From the IMG/VR virus record IMGVR_UViG_3300027692_000003: DNA of 64,000 nucleotides, one strand, 5' to 3'. This DNA comes from a virus (taxonomy: Duplodnaviria > Heunggongvirae > Uroviricota > Caudoviricetes). The translations under genes were made by a program, and so were the position numbers. The first letter of the stretch is position 1. The number at the start of each line of letters is the position of its first letter. Shown piece after piece: positions 63,309-64,000 of this stretch. The notes below the pieces were generated by a model. The model did no database searches and was not told the origin of the DNA. It was given only the letters and a program-made list of their open reading frames with translations.

Positions 63309-63560
63309 TCCCGGAGCTGGCGCCGGGCGAGGATGAGGAGGCGGAGTTCGCCCGGTATGCCGCCGAGCTGCCCGGCCCGTCGTGCCTGGACGCCTATGAG
63401 CTGCTGGTGACGGACGGGCGGCGGCGCATGCTGCGGCTGCGGAGGCTGGCGGGCAGCTGGGAGGCGGTCGGGGCGGCGCTGGAGGGTGCGCTGAGGCAGC
63501 TGGACCGGGAACTGCGGCATGAGGTGCCGGACTGGCCCGGCCTCACCTGGAGATTAGGGC
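63305..63560 (+). CDS. hypothetical protein (3' end uncertain; the track ORF runs antisense into the next gene)
   Basis: ORF VIPELAPGEDEEAEFARYAAELPGPSCLDAYELLVTDGRRRMLRLRRLAGSWEAVGAALEGALRQLDRELRHEVPDWPG... Confidence 0.3.
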
Positions 63561-63982
63561 CGCATCCACTGGGCGAGGGCCTTCAGCGCGTCGTTATACA
63601 GGACGTCAGGGTCATGCGGAGTGCCGACCGGCTGGAGCTCACGGGCGATGATGGAGGCGGTCATGTACTTCCCGGCCCGGACAAGATCCGCGGGATAAGG
63701 TGCGTACCCGCCGCCGTAGGTGACCCTGGCCAGTGACCCGATGGGGATGTACTGGCCCAGCTGGAACCACACATGCCCGGAGTCTGTCTCGGGGCCGGTG
63801 TAGTTCGCTGCGGTCAGGTCCGTGGATCCGCCGTAGGACCGGACGATGGTGATGCTGACGCTGCCGTAGGCCCACAGGTCGGGGTAGCGGGGTGCGTACT
63901 CGTTCAGCCACAGGTGCCTCACGAGGGTGGAGGCGCCGAGGGCCTGGGCGTAGGAGCGGCCGAGAGTGCCCTGCAGGTCCAT
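63554..63982 (-). CDS. phage head-tail region structural protein (142 aa)
   Basis: ORF MDLQGTLGRSYAQALGASTLVRHLWLNEYAPRYPDLWAYGSVSITIVRSYGGSTDLTAANYTGPETDSGHVWFQLGQYIPIGSLARVTYGGGYAPYPADLVRAGKYMTASIIARELQ... with strong coding character. Confidence 0.5.
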   Translation of the reverse strand: MDLQGTLGRSYAQALGASTLVRHLWLNEYAPRYPDLWAYGSVSITIVRSYGGSTDLTAANYTGPETDSGHVWFQLGQYIPIGSLARVTYGGGYAPYPADLVRAGKYMTASIIARELQPVGTPHDPDVLYNDALKALAQWMRP

Positions 63983-64000
63983 CGGCAGGTTCGCGGCGTC

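Larger units (their letters stand above)
7209..64000. mobile_element. prophage-like region (two recombinases, Ro60/Y-RNA module, lysis and tail genes); left boundary approximate, right end beyond window
   Basis: Gene content shifts at ~7.2 kb to int/HTH, small early-type ORFs and structural/lysis genes. Terminase and portal are not reached by 64000. Confidence 0.6.

Noticed and set aside
1-64000. cas genes, reverse transcriptase (retron/DGR), terminase, portal
   Set aside because: None recognised in any frame. Terminase and portal are presumably beyond the right edge.

Overview
This is a high-GC (about 70%) actinobacterial window with three parts. (1) Positions 1-1400 hold at least 20 tandem units of a degenerate 35-nt hairpin repeat (CCGGAACGCCAGCTCAGGGCGA-N6-8-CTGAGAC) separated by unique 25-39-nt spacers, plus one isolated copy at ~1603-1640. 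The array is CRISPR-like but has no cas genes in the window, is cut by the window start, and sits beside a serine-recombinase remnant. (2) Positions 1.5-7.2 kb look like flanking DNA: a lipoprotein, small hypothetical genes and an HTH protein. (3) From ~7.2 kb to the window end is a prophage-like mobile region. It starts with an XRE-type HTH regulator and a tyrosine integrase translationally coupled to a 445-aa ORF. A ~12-kb leftward operon follows, with about 30 small ORFs, many Cys4/zinc-ribbon-like, a ClpC1 N-terminal-domain mimic, a SWIM zinc-finger protein and one duplicated ~95-aa C-terminal domain. Next is a second recombination module: a ribbon-helix-helix protein, a large serine recombinase, a (GGAACCAC)x4 tandem repeat, a secreted Cys-rich protein and a ParB-like plus DGQHR (DndB-like) pair. 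An ncRNA cluster then follows: a long inverted-repeat stem-loop and two tandem permuted tRNA-like modules, which I interpret as Y RNA-like (YrlA-type) genes. It lies directly upstream of a Ro60/TROVE-vWA gene (rsr), a small ORF and an SPFH membrane protein. The remainder is tail, fibre and lysis genes (a papain-like peptidase, a GH25 endolysin, a 1370-aa Gly-rich fibre, a 1607-aa tape-measure protein) interrupted by plus-strand morons (RHH pair, metallophosphoesterase, HNH, FHA, HExxH peptidase), with head-proximal genes running off the window end. Homopolymeric C9-C10 tracts sit at three gene-start or frame-break positions. No att sites, terminase or portal could be identified in the window.
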